DNA of 64,000 bases, from NCBI GenBank assembly GCA_964513655.1, contig CAZENQ010000004.1:3759-67758 (forward strand). Reading direction: 5' to 3'. The notes beneath the pieces were generated by a model that saw only the letters and a list, made by a program, of their open reading frames with translations, was not told the origin of the DNA and did no database searches. Both the position numbers and the translations under genes were made by a program. Source of the DNA: an uncultured Pirellulales bacterium (GTDB lineage Bacteria > Planctomycetota > Phycisphaerae > Sedimentisphaerales > Anaerobacaceae). Numbering within the stretch: position 1 is the first letter of the stretch; the number at the start of each line of letters is the position of its first letter. Below are positions 1 through 9,442 of the stretch, one piece after another.

Positions 1-278
1 CGATTGATAATATGCCCCCATTGCCATTCAACGGGCCCGGCATGAGGTTTTTCGTCATAATGAAAGAAGCACTTTAAGCCCCAGAGGCAACTTTGGGGAT
101 TCTTCCCCCAAATGGACAGGTATTTGCCAAAAAACACGCTTTACAGCGTGGAGAACCCGTTTGCTTAATTGCATAGAAACCATTCATATAAAACTTATCG
201 GAACAGGTATATCTCCGGGGGCGGTGTTTGTTCTTGGGACGGCCCGTGGGGGGCCAGATTAGCGAGGTCGGAGCTGGT

Positions 279-605
279 TCAGGTGGGCAGGATGAGGATA
301 GAGCGGATTCTCTTTCGGTGGCGGCGTATGAGGTAGGCGATGAAGTCGCCTGTGATGCGGTCTGGAGTGCACTTACCTTTTGTGACGATTCTTGCCATGA
401 GGGTCTTAGTGGCGGGGTCCCATTCAAGGTTGATAGCTCCGGGGATGTCTGGGTCGGTGCTGTGAAGCTTTGCCCATCCGGGGCTTCGGCCGGGGGTCTT
501 CTGGCGGGATACGGCGAGATTATACTTTTCCAGACGCCTGTCGTTAGCGAGGGCTTCACGGAGGCTTCCGCCGCGGTAGCAGGTTACCTGGATGACGCTC
601 TGCAT
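279..605 (-). CDS. hypothetical small protein (108 aa), family not recognised
   Basis: ORF track 279..605. The ATG at 605 is preceded by AGGAG about 8 nt upstream and by a TTGACA-17nt-TACTAT pair. The overlapping ORFs 74..559(-) and 228..653(+) have Gly/Ala/Ser/Pro-rich off-frame composition. Confidence 0.45.
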   Translation of the reverse strand: MQSVIQVTCYRGGSLREALANDRRLEKYNLAVSRQKTPGRSPGWAKLHSTDPDIPGAINLEWDPATKTLMARIVTKGKCTPDRITGDFIAYLIRRHRKRIRSILILPT

Positions 606-649
606 TTTCTCAACTCCTGTCGCTTGTTTTCGAGAGGGCCAGCACAGAA

Positions 650-678
650 ATAGTATTAACCTAACCCAGTAATGTCAA
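650..678 (-). promoter_or_regulatory. sigma70-like promoter candidate for the 279..605 gene
   Basis: Read on the minus strand: TTGACA (678..673), a 17-nt spacer, then TACTAT (655..650), about 45 nt upstream of the ATG at 605. Confidence 0.4.
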
Positions 679-793
679 TAAAAATAAGAAAAGGGAGAAG
701 GCGGCTTGAGCAGGTGCATTCGCAGGGGCAGGCCCTTAGAGACTTCGGCGAAACTCAGTGCAAGCAGGCTGAGGCAAGGCAAGGGGGGGATTT

Positions 794-1585
794 TTAGTAA
801 TCGGGGAAGTTTTGCATCCAGTCGGGCCAGTCCTGTGGAGTGATGCCGCCGCATTGAGTGTATGGGCCGCAAGTGTCGTAGCGTCTGTGCCATTTCAGGG
901 TCCAGAGCTCTTTTAGGCCGACTTTCCTTGCGGAGAAATCAAGGAAAAGGCTGTTTATGAAACCTTCGTGTCGGTTGATGCAGAAACGACCCATTTGACT
1001 GGTCATTCGGAAGTCCTGGTCATCGTATTGCGGGGGGTCATCAGTGTGCGACGGCCAGCCATCAATCCACGCTGCATCCAAAAGCAGAGGTATATCAGCA
1101 GCGCCGGCGACATTTGGTGTTCTCCATCTGCGTCCGGTGTATTCACTTTCGGTGGGGCATTGATTGTTTTCCACCCAGCCGTTTAAGCCGTAGCTGCCGT
1201 AAACGGAGCCGGGCGGGCCGAGCCAGCCCTGTGCAGACCATGCAAAAAAGGTCATGCCAATCTCACCCTTGCCGACATCGTTGCCCAATATTGCAGCCAT
1301 TGGACAGAGGCATAAGTTCTGGTTTTGGTAATACGGATTGAGTGCGTGGAACCACCAGTTAGTCGATACACAGTCCGGCAGACCCCAGTAGCCTTCCTGG
1401 AAATAGCCGTTGTTGTCTTTGAGGAAGGTTTGGAAACAGGTGCCCAATTTTTGGAGGTTTGAAAGGCAGAGGATTTGCTTTGTGTGCCTGCGGCCACGTG
1501 GGCCTACGGCGGCGGCGGTAAGCAATAGAAATGCGAGGCAGGCGAGGGTGACAACGAGGTCCTTTTTGGTGAAAGTTGTTTTCAT
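794..1585 (-). CDS. pseudopilin-like protein with C-terminal H-X9-D (DUF1559 / H-X9-DG-type) domain
   Basis: The N-terminus MKTTFTKKDLVVTLACLAFLLL is a short basic leader plus hydrophobic helix, as in type IV pilin/T2SS pseudopilins. It is followed by RRHTKQILCLSNLQKLG. Near the C-terminus, NRHEGFINSLFLDFSARKV gives His-9 residues-Asp. A GAGGA RBS lies in the 18-nt gap after the upstream gene. Confidence 0.75.
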   Translation of the reverse strand: MKTTFTKKDLVVTLACLAFLLLTAAAVGPRGRRHTKQILCLSNLQKLGTCFQTFLKDNNGYFQEGYWGLPDCVSTNWWFHALNPYYQNQNLCLCPMAAILGNDVGKGEIGMTFFAWSAQGWLGPPGSVYGSYGLNGWVENNQCPTESEYTGRRWRTPNVAGAADIPLLLDAAWIDGWPSHTDDPPQYDDQDFRMTSQMGRFCINRHEGFINSLFLDFSARKVGLKELWTLKWHRRYDTCGPYTQCGGITPQDWPDWMQNFPDY

Positions 1586-1603
1586 CTCTTTTAGCGTATC
1601 CTC

Positions 1604-2455
1604 TTATTCGCAGGGGGGAAATTCTGCCATCCAGCCGCTGCCGGCGGAATTGAACTCTTCCTCTGTGGGTCCAAGGTCGGGGTTGAAGGCCCGGTGCCAT
1701 TTAAGCTTCCAGAGGCATTTGAGGGGGACTTTTCTGGCGGAGGCGTCGAGGAAAGTAGAGTTTATAGAACCTCGGTGGCGGTTGATGCAGACACGCACCA
1801 TACTGCTGTAACTGGAATACGGCCCCCAGGGCTCGCCATCGTATTCCGGCACCTGGTCGGAGGCGGTCGGCCACTGGTCAATCCACTGGCTGCCTGAAAG
1901 CAAGGGGATTTCAGCGGCGCCGGTCACATTTGGGGTCCTCCAAGACCATGTAGTTGGGCGGCCGAAGACTGCGTGGACTTCGGGCGGAGGATTATGAAGG
2001 AAGCCGTTGAAACCATAGCTGCCGTAGTCGCAGGCGGTTGCGGGTGACCACCAACTCGAGGGTTGGCCACATTCACCGGGGAATGCCCCCCAAGCAACAA
2101 AGGTCCCGAGTCCGCCAGCGTAGGACCCATTCTGGACCTGCGAACTGGGTATTGTAGCTTCTGGGCAGCATCGCAGCTTGTGGTTGTTTCCATAATAAGG
2201 CCTGAGGGCTTCCATCCAAAAATCCTGGTTAGTCAGGCCTGTACCATCAAACCAGCCTCTCATGAAGTATCCGTCGTTCTCGGCGGCGAAGGCGAGGCAG
2301 ACCGTGCCCCATTTGTGCAGGTTTGAAAGGCAGAGCATATCTTTTGCGTGTCGTCGGCCTCTTGAGCCGATTGCGGCGAGATTGGCAAGGAGAAAGACTG
2401 CACAGGCGAGGGTGGCGATGATGTCTTTTTTTGTAAAGGCTGTTTTTTGTTTCAT
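1604..2455 (-). CDS. pseudopilin-like protein with C-terminal H-X9-D domain (paralog of 794..1585)
   Basis: The ORF track gives 1604..2518. I prefer the ATG at 2455 (MKQKTAFTKKDIIATLACAVFLL) because it lies 8 nt past the stop of 2463..5693 and aligns with the paralog N-terminus. NRHRGSINSTFLDASARKV gives the H-X9-D spacing. Confidence 0.75.
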   Translation of the reverse strand: MKQKTAFTKKDIIATLACAVFLLANLAAIGSRGRRHAKDMLCLSNLHKWGTVCLAFAAENDGYFMRGWFDGTGLTNQDFWMEALRPYYGNNHKLRCCPEATIPSSQVQNGSYAGGLGTFVAWGAFPGECGQPSSWWSPATACDYGSYGFNGFLHNPPPEVHAVFGRPTTWSWRTPNVTGAAEIPLLSGSQWIDQWPTASDQVPEYDGEPWGPYSSYSSMVRVCINRHRGSINSTFLDASARKVPLKCLWKLKWHRAFNPDLGPTEEEFNSAGSGWMAEFPPCE

Positions 2456-2462
2456 AATCTCT

Positions 2463-5400
2463 TTATTCCTGTGCCAGCCAGCGCATTGCGAGTTGTGCGA
2501 GGTCGAGGAGGTTAACATACAGGTCCCGGTTTATGTCACCTGTAAGGAAGATATCGTTTCCATCGTAATCGCAGATTGTCCAACTATGATGGGGTTCGAA
2601 GCTCATGTCTGAGCAGTCGAGCCAATCGGCGGCGAGGATGCCGAAGTCGATGAAGTTCATCTGCCAGTCGGCGTTGAGGTCTTCGGGTCTGTGCAGGGCG
2701 GGTGGCTGGCCGGGGCAATCATCGTCTATAATCGCGGTTACGATATTATTTGCGTCGTTGACTATGATTGTACCATCGGCTGTTATTACGGGGAAGCTGA
2801 GGCGACTATCAGTTTGGTATCGGGCGATTTCTGTGTCGTCGGGGTCGAGGACGTAGAGGTAGCCATCGCCGCCAGCGGCGTAGATTAGGCCGTCGGAGGC
2901 TACGGTTAGACTGAATCCGCCAAGCCAGCCGAGCGAAGTTACGTCCTTGATAGTACCGTTGGGGTCAACGGTGCGGACGTACTGGTCGTCAAGGCTTACG
3001 TAGATTGTTCCGTCGGGGCCGAGGGCGGGCTCGGAGTAGCTTGAATTACTGACACGATAATAGCGTACAAAATCTTTGCCGCCTGGCAGGGTGGTCGTGT
3101 GGGGATAGGGTGGAATGGGCTCTTCTCTTGTGTTGACGTAATACTGCTCAAACCAATAATTCGGTTCCGGGGGATCGGGGTCCAGCAATTCCACAAATGT
3201 TGCGGTTTGTGACATATTTGTTGCCCATATTATTCTTCCGTCGTTCGGGTTGATAGCGTAGAGTTTGGAATCATACCAAAATCCATAGTCGGCTGGCAAC
3301 ACAATTTCGCGTTTTGGATTATACAGGAGGGCCTGGTAAATCGTACCATCGGGAGCGACGACGGGTGAGGCGAATGGCCAGGGCTTTTCGGTGTTGGGGT
3401 CGCAGGGGTCGAGGAAGTTGCAGTCCCAGATTACGCTGCCTGTGTCCGGGTCGAGGGCGTAGAGATTGGGGTCGTAGACACCGGCTATGTATACGGTCCC
3501 ATCTGGAGCTATAGCGGGGGAGGCGAAGATTGCTCCGGTGGCGATGCCGGGACCGGCGGTCTGGAAGTTCCATAGTTCGCTGCCGTCACGGGCCAAGGCG
3601 TAGAGGGAGCCATCCTGTGAACAGACGTATATATTATTGCCATCGGGTGATACGGCGGGTGAGGAATAGATGAAGCCGGCGGTGGTGTGTGTCCATCGGA
3701 GGTCACCGTTGACATCGATGGCGTAGAGTGTTCCATTCTGGGCGCCGACGTAGACGGTTCCGTCATGGCCTATCGTGGGTGAGCTAAGAAGGGGCGAATT
3801 TATATCGCAGGTCCATAAGAGGGAGCCGTCGTTGGCGTCGAGGGTGTAGAGGTTACCGTCTTCGCAGGCGATGTGGACGGTGTTGCTGTCGGCGACGGTG
3901 ACGGATGCCGAGACGGAGCCGGAGGTCTGGAATTGCCATTTGATGCATCCTATTTCGGGGCCGAAGTTATCGCTTAGGCCGGAGCGGTCGAAGTCGCCGC
4001 CGAGTGATTTCCACTTAGCGGTGATTGGCGGGCCGGGAGAATATGGCTTGATTGTGAAGAGGCCACTATGAACATTAGTGACGGTGATGTCGATGTCGTG
4101 AGGGAAAACATGAACCTGAAGCTGGTTCGAGTCGATGGAGCCAGGCAGGTTCCAAGTGTAGGCGCCGGTATCAGGGATGTTCTCTGCGACAGGCAAGAAT
4201 GTGGGGACGCTGTTGTCCAAGCCTAAGATGCTGACATTTCCTGTGACGCCGTAACTTTCCCAGTTGATTTGATGGGAGCTGCCCGTGGTCCAGACTTCGC
4301 CGCCAGCGGGTTTTGTGACAATTATGATTTTCCCATATTCGTCGGCGCCGATGTCAATTTGGCGGCCTATGATGCGCGGCTGGCCGTCGATGTCAAGGAC
4401 ATTCGGGCCGACGATATAGTTTGGCAGGCCTGCTTCGATGCATGGTGAGTTGAACTGGAGGTGCAGGTCGCTGAAGTCGTTGGGATAGCCTACGAAGCAG
4501 GGGTCGTCGTCGATATTGTAGTTGGGTTCGCCGGCACCGAAGGGGACATATCCGTCACTGGGATTGCCGTCCTGGATACAACTGTAGAGTACTTGCGGCG
4601 GGTCGTCCGTGTCTATTTGAGCGGAGAGGTCCGTGGGGCCGGAGTCGGTATTGGCCCAGAGGATGGAGTTAGTCAAGGATACGATGGCGGATTGGGAGTA
4701 TATTCCGCCGGTGTCAACCGTGGCTGCGTTGGCGGCGATGGTGGAGCCGGTAATGGTTACGTTGCCGCCGCCGATGTGGTAGATTCCGCCGCCAAATTCT
4801 GCGGTATTAGCTGTTATAACAGAGTTATGGATTGTGAGGTCACCTGAATTGCAGTAGATACCGCCGCCAGGTTCTACGGCCGAGTTTGTAGAGTTTCCGA
4901 TGATTGTGCAGTTGTTGATAGTTATACTGGCGTCGCCCCTGCAGTAGATACCACCGCCTTCACGGATGCTTGTATTGTGGCTTATATCGGAGTCGGAGAT
5001 TATAGGGCTGCTTTCATTGTCGCAGTGTATTCCGCCCCCGTTGTGGATTGAGGTATTGGCGGTAATTATGCAACCTGTAATGACTGGGTGACTGTGATTA
5101 TAGCAATGGATTCCGCCGCCGGATGAGCCGATGTTTTGGGTAATATCGCAGTTGGTAATGGTTGGACTGCTGTTGGTGCAGGAGATTCCACCGCTCGGAG
5201 AGCCGCCGTTATTTGTGATAGTGCAGTTGATAATGGATGGGCTGCTGTTTAGACAGAAGACTGCTGTCAGGGTACTTTTGGTGAATATGCAATCAGCGAT
5301 AGTTGGTCTGCTGTTATAGCAACGGATTGCGCCGCGGGCGTTTGTGATGGTGAAACCGGCAAGTACGGAATTGGCATCCTCTCCGCTGAGGAAGTCGAAG

Positions 5401-5693
5401 CCGGCGTGATAGTTGACGTCGTTGCAATCGATAACAGTTGCGGCGACGATGTAGGGGTTGAGTGGGTCGACGCTCTGTACGGTAACGGCCCTGCTGTTGA
5501 AATCGATGTCCCAGTTGCCGGGGCCGGAGTATATGCCGGGGAAGACGTAAATGGTATCGCCATTGATGGAATAGTCGATGGCGGCCTGGATATTATTGAA
5601 ATCATAAGGCCAATCGTCATCGACGATGATAATTTCCGCAGAACAGGGAACAGCCAACAGGAGGCAACTTAGGGCCAGAATGAGATATTTCAT
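2463..5693 (-). CDS. secreted multidomain protein: right-handed parallel beta-helix + PQQ/BamB-like beta-propeller + C-terminal dockerin-like repeats
   Basis: Signal peptide MKYLILALSCLLLAVPCSA. Many PbH1-like turns are present (NCTITNN, GGGIHC, GGGIYC). The repeated motifs DGSLLW, GTLYAIDVNGDLRW, DGSLYALARDGSELW and NLYALDPDTGSVIW are typical of PQQ-like propeller blades. The C-terminus carries DLNADWQMNFIDFGILAADW and GDINRDLYVNLLDLAQLAMRW. An AAGGAG RBS precedes the ATG. Confidence 0.8.
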   Translation of the reverse strand: MKYLILALSCLLLAVPCSAEIIIVDDDWPYDFNNIQAAIDYSINGDTIYVFPGIYSGPGNWDIDFNSRAVTVQSVDPLNPYIVAATVIDCNDVNYHAGFDFLSGEDANSVLAGFTITNARGAIRCYNSRPTIADCIFTKSTLTAVFCLNSSPSIINCTITNNGGSPSGGISCTNSSPTITNCDITQNIGSSGGGIHCYNHSHPVITGCIITANTSIHNGGGIHCDNESSPIISDSDISHNTSIREGGGIYCRGDASITINNCTIIGNSTNSAVEPGGGIYCNSGDLTIHNSVITANTAEFGGGIYHIGGGNVTITGSTIAANAATVDTGGIYSQSAIVSLTNSILWANTDSGPTDLSAQIDTDDPPQVLYSCIQDGNPSDGYVPFGAGEPNYNIDDDPCFVGYPNDFSDLHLQFNSPCIEAGLPNYIVGPNVLDIDGQPRIIGRQIDIGADEYGKIIIVTKPAGGEVWTTGSSHQINWESYGVTGNVSILGLDNSVPTFLPVAENIPDTGAYTWNLPGSIDSNQLQVHVFPHDIDITVTNVHSGLFTIKPYSPGPPITAKWKSLGGDFDRSGLSDNFGPEIGCIKWQFQTSGSVSASVTVADSNTVHIACEDGNLYTLDANDGSLLWTCDINSPLLSSPTIGHDGTVYVGAQNGTLYAIDVNGDLRWTHTTAGFIYSSPAVSPDGNNIYVCSQDGSLYALARDGSELWNFQTAGPGIATGAIFASPAIAPDGTVYIAGVYDPNLYALDPDTGSVIWDCNFLDPCDPNTEKPWPFASPVVAPDGTIYQALLYNPKREIVLPADYGFWYDSKLYAINPNDGRIIWATNMSQTATFVELLDPDPPEPNYWFEQYYVNTREEPIPPYPHTTTLPGGKDFVRYYRVSNSSYSEPALGPDGTIYVSLDDQYVRTVDPNGTIKDVTSLGWLGGFSLTVASDGLIYAAGGDGYLYVLDPDDTEIARYQTDSRLSFPVITADGTIIVNDANNIVTAIIDDDCPGQPPALHRPEDLNADWQMNFIDFGILAADWLDCSDMSFEPHHSWTICDYDGNDIFLTGDINRDLYVNLLDLAQLAMRWLAQE

Positions 5694-5740
5694 GTCTCCG
5701 CTCCTTCGTTTTTGGGCGTTTTTCTAATAATGTCAGAGTG

Positions 5741-5769
5741 ATACTACCATAAATAGCGGCCAAAAGCAA
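5741..5769 (-). promoter_or_regulatory. sigma70-like promoter candidate for the 5693..794 operon
   Basis: Minus strand: TTGCTT (5769..5764), a 17-nt spacer, then TAGTAT (5746..5741), about 48 nt upstream of the ATG at 5693. Confidence 0.3.
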
Positions 5770-6158
5770 CACTTTTTTGCCTTTTTCAGAAGAAATTATA
5801 ACCGCTCAACGAATGCGATATGGGGGATACTCGGGCAAAATCCAGTAAGCACTGCGTGCCCGTTGAGGCAGCGTTTGTCCTGCGTCGCTCGTCCAGCGTC
5901 CTGCGCGGGGAGAGGCGGGGTGGAAAAAAACAAAAATTTTGTTGACGGGGGTGTGGGGTGGCAGGTAATTTATTTGCAGCAGCAGGGATATGAAGGCAAC
6001 TTTTCGTACGGGGCTTTCCTCTGATAAACAAGGGTGTAGTTGCGTAACCGGCTTTCCTGCAAAAACGCCGGGGGCACACGGGTGTAGAATTTGGGCGTCC
6101 GGCGTGTGGTAGAGACAGAAGGTAATGGAGAATTATGGATATTGGGTAAATTCAGGGC

Positions 6159-6198
6159 CCCGCCTTGGAAAGGAGGTGAAGAAAGATTAAGAGGCGGG
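6159..6198 (+). promoter_or_regulatory. 5-prime leader stem-loop with purine-rich SD-like loop (copy 1)
   Basis: An 8-bp stem pairs 6159-6166 with 6191-6198 (core cccgcc/ggcggg). The loop contains GGAAAGGAGGTGAAGAA. The element lies about 45 nt upstream of the real RBS/ATG at 6244. The second copy at 9355..9388 carries a compensatory base change. Confidence 0.45.
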
Positions 6199-6243
6199 AG
6201 GAGTAACAGAGGTTTTTATTAAGAATTTTTAAGGAGGTAAATT

Positions 6244-9200
6244 ATGTTCAGGAGAATAATTTGTTTGGTGAGTTTTGTTTTGCTGCTCAGTTTAATTGGC
6301 GCAGCACAAGGGACCGATTACTATGTCAGCCCTACGGGCAATGACAACAACTCGGGGACGAGCCCATCGGATGCATGGCAGACAATTGATAAGGTTAACA
6401 CGGTGACGTTTTCTGCCGGCGACAGCATCTTGTTTGAAGGCGGCGAGACGTTCAGCGGCTCGATGTCTTTTGATTCATCCGACGGCGGCACGTCCGCCAA
6501 CCCCGTAACGGTTGGTTCATACGGGACGGGGAGGGCGACAATCAGCTCGGGCACCGACTACGGGATTTACGCAGTTGACTGTGCCGGCTTCATTATAGTG
6601 GATTTGGTCTTTGTTGGGTCGGGCTCCGCAATGGGTATTCGCTTTATGAACACCCAATCCAGCGGCACATTAGAGTACATTTGCATCGACAATGTTGATG
6701 TGAGTAAATATGACCGAGGACTCAATATATCTGCGGCTGAAGGCGGCATATACAGAGACATCCAGGTTACTAACTCAGATTTTCATGATAACGATGTCTA
6801 TGGAGCGACAAGCTGGGGCCAGTGGCCACCGTCCGGCTACGCGATTCAGGACTGGTATTTCGGTGACTGCAAGTTCTATAACAACCGCGGTGTACCCGGT
6901 GTGGAGCCGCACTCCGGCAACGGCCTTGAACTGTGTAACGTCAGTGGGGCAACAGTTGAGTTCTGTGAGGCGTGGAACAACGGCGAGCTGTGTGATGCCC
7001 CGGGTGGAGGTCCGTTCGGCATCTGGGCGTGGGACGCGAAGAATATTCTGATACAGTTCTGCGAGTCTCATCACAACAAGACGGCCGGGGGAGACGGCGG
7101 CGGCTTTGACTGGGATGGCGCCTCCCAGGACTGCGTGATGCAGTACTGCTACTCACATGACAACCACGGAACGGGGTACCTGATATGCACATTCACGGGT
7201 TCAGTGCCAAACTTCTTCAACAACACGGTTCGGTACTGCATCAGCGAGAATGATGGAATAGCATCGAGAGGTGCGATGGGGTCGATTCATTTCTGGGCCG
7301 GAAAGACGATAGAAGGCACGAAGATATATAATAACACGTTTTATGCCACGTCCGCAACGCGAGGTGGGGCATTCAGGGTTACGAGCGGCGGTATTAACAA
7401 CACGGAAGTTTACAACAATATCTTTCTGACCGACCCCGGCAAACGCGTTATTAGTATGAGCAATACTGGCAGCTACTACTTTAAGGGTAACTGCTACTGG
7501 TCAGGTGGCGACCCTCTTGAGATTGTATGGGGTAACGACACGTACACGAGCCTTGCCGCCTGGCGGAGTGCGACGGGTCAGGAGATGCTTAGCGGTCAGC
7601 CTGTAGGGTTCGAGTGCGACCCCTGCCTGCTGAGTCCGGGTTACGGCGAGACGGTAGGCGACCCCTGCCTTCTTTATACGGTCAGCGCTTACAAGCTGGG
7701 TAGCAATTCGCCGCTTATCAACGAGGGCTTGGACGTTAATTCGCTGTTCGGGATTGACCCGGGGACGGAGGACTACTACGGCGCAACTATTCCGGTTGAC
7801 AGCAACTACGACGTTGGTGTGCACGAGTACGCCTTCGGGCCGCCGGACACGGATGCCCCGACCCCCGACCCGCCGACATTCGAGAATGTTCCGTACGCGA
7901 CGAGCGACACCACGGTTATAATGAAGGCAACAAGGGCGATGGACTACACCAGTGTTCAATACTACTTCGAGGAGACATCGGGCAATCCCGGCGGTTCGGA
8001 CAGCGGCTGGCAGAACGGCTCAACTTATGAAGATACGGGTCTTAGCGGCGGCTACACTTACACGTACAGAATCAAGTACAGAGACAAGAGCAGCAACCAG
8101 AACGAGACGGGCTGGTCCTCGACGGAATCGGTAACGACACCGGAAGGCCCGGCGGATAGTCTATTCAGCGATGGCTTCGAAAGCGGCGACCTGGTAACAG
8201 GGGGGTGGACGTCACAGGGTAACGTGGACGCTTCAAACAAGGACCCGTACACCGGCAGCTACAGCGCGCAATTCTTCAAGTATTCGTGGATAGAGAAGGC
8301 TGTTGATACAACGGGCTATACGGCTGTACACGTCACGTTTGCGCGCAAGACGAAGACGGCCATTATGGCTGCGAAATGGTGGGACGGCAACCAGTGGAAT
8401 GAGCTGGAGACGACACGGGCCAGCACGTGGGGCGTCAAGGACATAGCGTGTGGGCCGGGGGCCGATGACAATGCAGACTTTAAGATAAGGTTCACGAACG
8501 GCTCTGAGCACAAGACTCAGCAGTATTCTCTTATTGACGATGTTGAGGTGTATGCATTTACCGCCGGTGGTGGACCTACACCGACACCTACGCCAACACC
8601 TACGCCAACACCTACGCCAACTCCAACACCGACGCCAACACCGACACCTACGCCGACGCCGACACCAACGCCAACTCCAACACCGACGCCAACGCCGACA
8701 CCGACGCCAACACCAACACCTACGCCGACGCCAACACCAACACCGACGCCAACACCTACGCCGACGCCAACACCTACGCCGACGCCAACACCTACGCCGA
8801 CGCCGACACCTACCGGGACACCGGGTCCGACTCTCTTCAGTGACGATTTTGAAAGCGGCGGTCTCAGTGAAGGCGGCTGGACTTCCTCCGGCACAACCGT
8901 TTTAGATTCGGGGATTGGCCATGGCTATGTGGCAAGAATCAAGTGGAACGGCTACATTGAAAAAGCACTTAGTACGGCCGGCTACAGCAACATACACGTT
9001 AAATATGAGCGCCGGACGGTAGCGATGGATGCCCCAGACGAATGGCTGTTTGTCGAGTGGTATGATGGCAGCGACTGGAATGAGCTGGAGCGTACTCGCG
9101 ACGGCGGCATGGTCGCGAAGGACATGACCTGTGGTTCCGGTGCTGACGATAACGCGAACTTCAAGGTCAGATGGCGCACCAACGCGGACAAAAATCCTGA

Positions 9201-9246
9201 GTTTGCTGAGGTTGACGACGTGGAGATTACCGGCGTAGTGAACTGA
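6244..9246 (+). CDS. secreted right-handed beta-helix (pectate-lyase-fold) protein with FN3-like region, two jelly-roll-like C-terminal modules and an 80-aa Pro-Thr linker
   Basis: Strong RBS AAGGAGG. Signal peptide [23 protein letters not shown]. The N-terminal cap is [28 protein letters not shown]. The module LFSDxFESG...GW...WNELE...CGxGADDNAxFK(I/V)R...DDVE occurs twice. It is a paralog of 9443..12133. Confidence 0.8.
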   Translation: MFRRIICLVSFVLLLSLIGAAQGTDYYVSPTGNDNNSGTSPSDAWQTIDKVNTVTFSAGDSILFEGGETFSGSMSFDSSDGGTSANPVTVGSYGTGRATISSGTDYGIYAVDCAGFIIVDLVFVGSGSAMGIRFMNTQSSGTLEYICIDNVDVSKYDRGLNISAAEGGIYRDIQVTNSDFHDNDVYGATSWGQWPPSGYAIQDWYFGDCKFYNNRGVPGVEPHSGNGLELCNVSGATVEFCEAWNNGELCDAPGGGPFGIWAWDAKNILIQFCESHHNKTAGGDGGGFDWDGASQDCVMQYCYSHDNHGTGYLICTFTGSVPNFFNNTVRYCISENDGIASRGAMGSIHFWAGKTIEGTKIYNNTFYATSATRGGAFRVTSGGINNTEVYNNIFLTDPGKRVISMSNTGSYYFKGNCYWSGGDPLEIVWGNDTYTSLAAWRSATGQEMLSGQPVGFECDPCLLSPGYGETVGDPCLLYTVSAYKLGSNSPLINEGLDVNSLFGIDPGTEDYYGATIPVDSNYDVGVHEYAFGPPDTDAPTPDPPTFENVPYATSDTTVIMKATRAMDYTSVQYYFEETSGNPGGSDSGWQNGSTYEDTGLSGGYTYTYRIKYRDKSSNQNETGWSSTESVTTPEGPADSLFSDGFESGDLVTGGWTSQGNVDASNKDPYTGSYSAQFFKYSWIEKAVDTTGYTAVHVTFARKTKTAIMAAKWWDGNQWNELETTRASTWGVKDIACGPGADDNADFKIRFTNGSEHKTQQYSLIDDVEVYAFTAGGGPTPTPTPTPTPTPTPTPTPTPTPTPTPTPTPTPTPTPTPTPTPTPTPTPTPTPTPTPTPTPTPTPTPTPTPTPTPTPTPTGTPGPTLFSDDFESGGLSEGGWTSSGTTVLDSGIGHGYVARIKWNGYIEKALSTAGYSNIHVKYERRTVAMDAPDEWLFVEWYDGSDWNELERTRDGGMVAKDMTCGSGADDNANFKVRWRTNADKNPEFAEVDDVEITGVVN
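8575..8814 (+). repeat. (Pro-Thr)40 linker-coding low-complexity tract
   Basis: 240 nt of alternating CCN/ACN codons, in frame in 6244..9246. The codons are mixed (cct/cca/ccg and aca/acg/act/acc), so the tract is an imperfect 6-nt repeat. Confidence 0.9.
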
Positions 9247-9288
9247 TTGAGCTGGTAGCAGATTCATTTTTGGAATTAGTGCTAATAA

Positions 9289-9317
9289 GGCGTGGCGGCC
9301 CTTATCGCCGCCACGCC
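9289..9317 (+). terminator. stem-loop downstream of 6244..9246 (putative intrinsic terminator, no clear U-tract)
   Basis: ggcgtggcggc (9289-9299), loop ccttatc, then gccgccacgcc (9307-9317). This is a perfect 11-bp GC-rich stem 43 nt after the stop. Confidence 0.45.
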
Positions 9318-9354
9318 ATATGTGAACTAAAATTATTATTTGTAAAGATTTTGC

Positions 9355-9388
9355 CCCGTCGAAGGAAAGGAGGTGAAGAATTGACGGG
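9355..9388 (+). promoter_or_regulatory. 5-prime leader stem-loop with purine-rich SD-like loop (copy 2)
   Basis: An 8-bp stem pairs 9355-9362 with 9381-9388 (core cccgtc/gacggg). The loop is AGGAAAGGAGGTGAAGAA. The element is upstream of the RBS GAAGGAG and the ATG at 9443. Confidence 0.45.
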
Positions 9389-9442
9389 TGGGAAGGTGAT
9401 GGATTATTTTTTGTAGAAAACCATTTTTGAAGGAGACGTTTT

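Noticed and set aside
1-58. A possible minus-strand gene start (ATG at 58..56, MTKNLMPGPLNGNGG...) running off the left edge.
   Set aside because: Only 19 codons are visible and there is no convincing RBS. This is too little to support a call.
74-653. ORFs 74..559(-) and 228..653(+), which overlap the 279..605 gene.
   Set aside because: Their Pro/Ser/Ala/Gly-rich composition is typical of wrong-frame translation of GC-rich DNA. Only the 279..605 frame has a matching promoter-like pair and an RBS.
2456-2518. The 21-codon N-terminal extension of the 1604.. ORF.
   Set aside because: It would overlap the 3-prime end of 2463..5693. The ATG at 2455 reproduces the paralog's N-terminus.
5786-6079. 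A 97-aa minus-strand ORF in the divergent region upstream of 6244.
   Set aside because: Its Arg/Pro-rich composition is typical of a spurious GC-rich frame. It lies within what looks like promoter and leader DNA for the two flanking operons.
8517-8905. The 123-125-aa ORFs on both strands across the Pro-Thr tract, with (GV)n and RRQH-repeat translations.
   Set aside because: They are off-frame or antisense readings of the low-complexity (CCN-ACN)n linker inside 6244..9246. Their composition is pure dipeptide repeat and they lack independent start or RBS signals.
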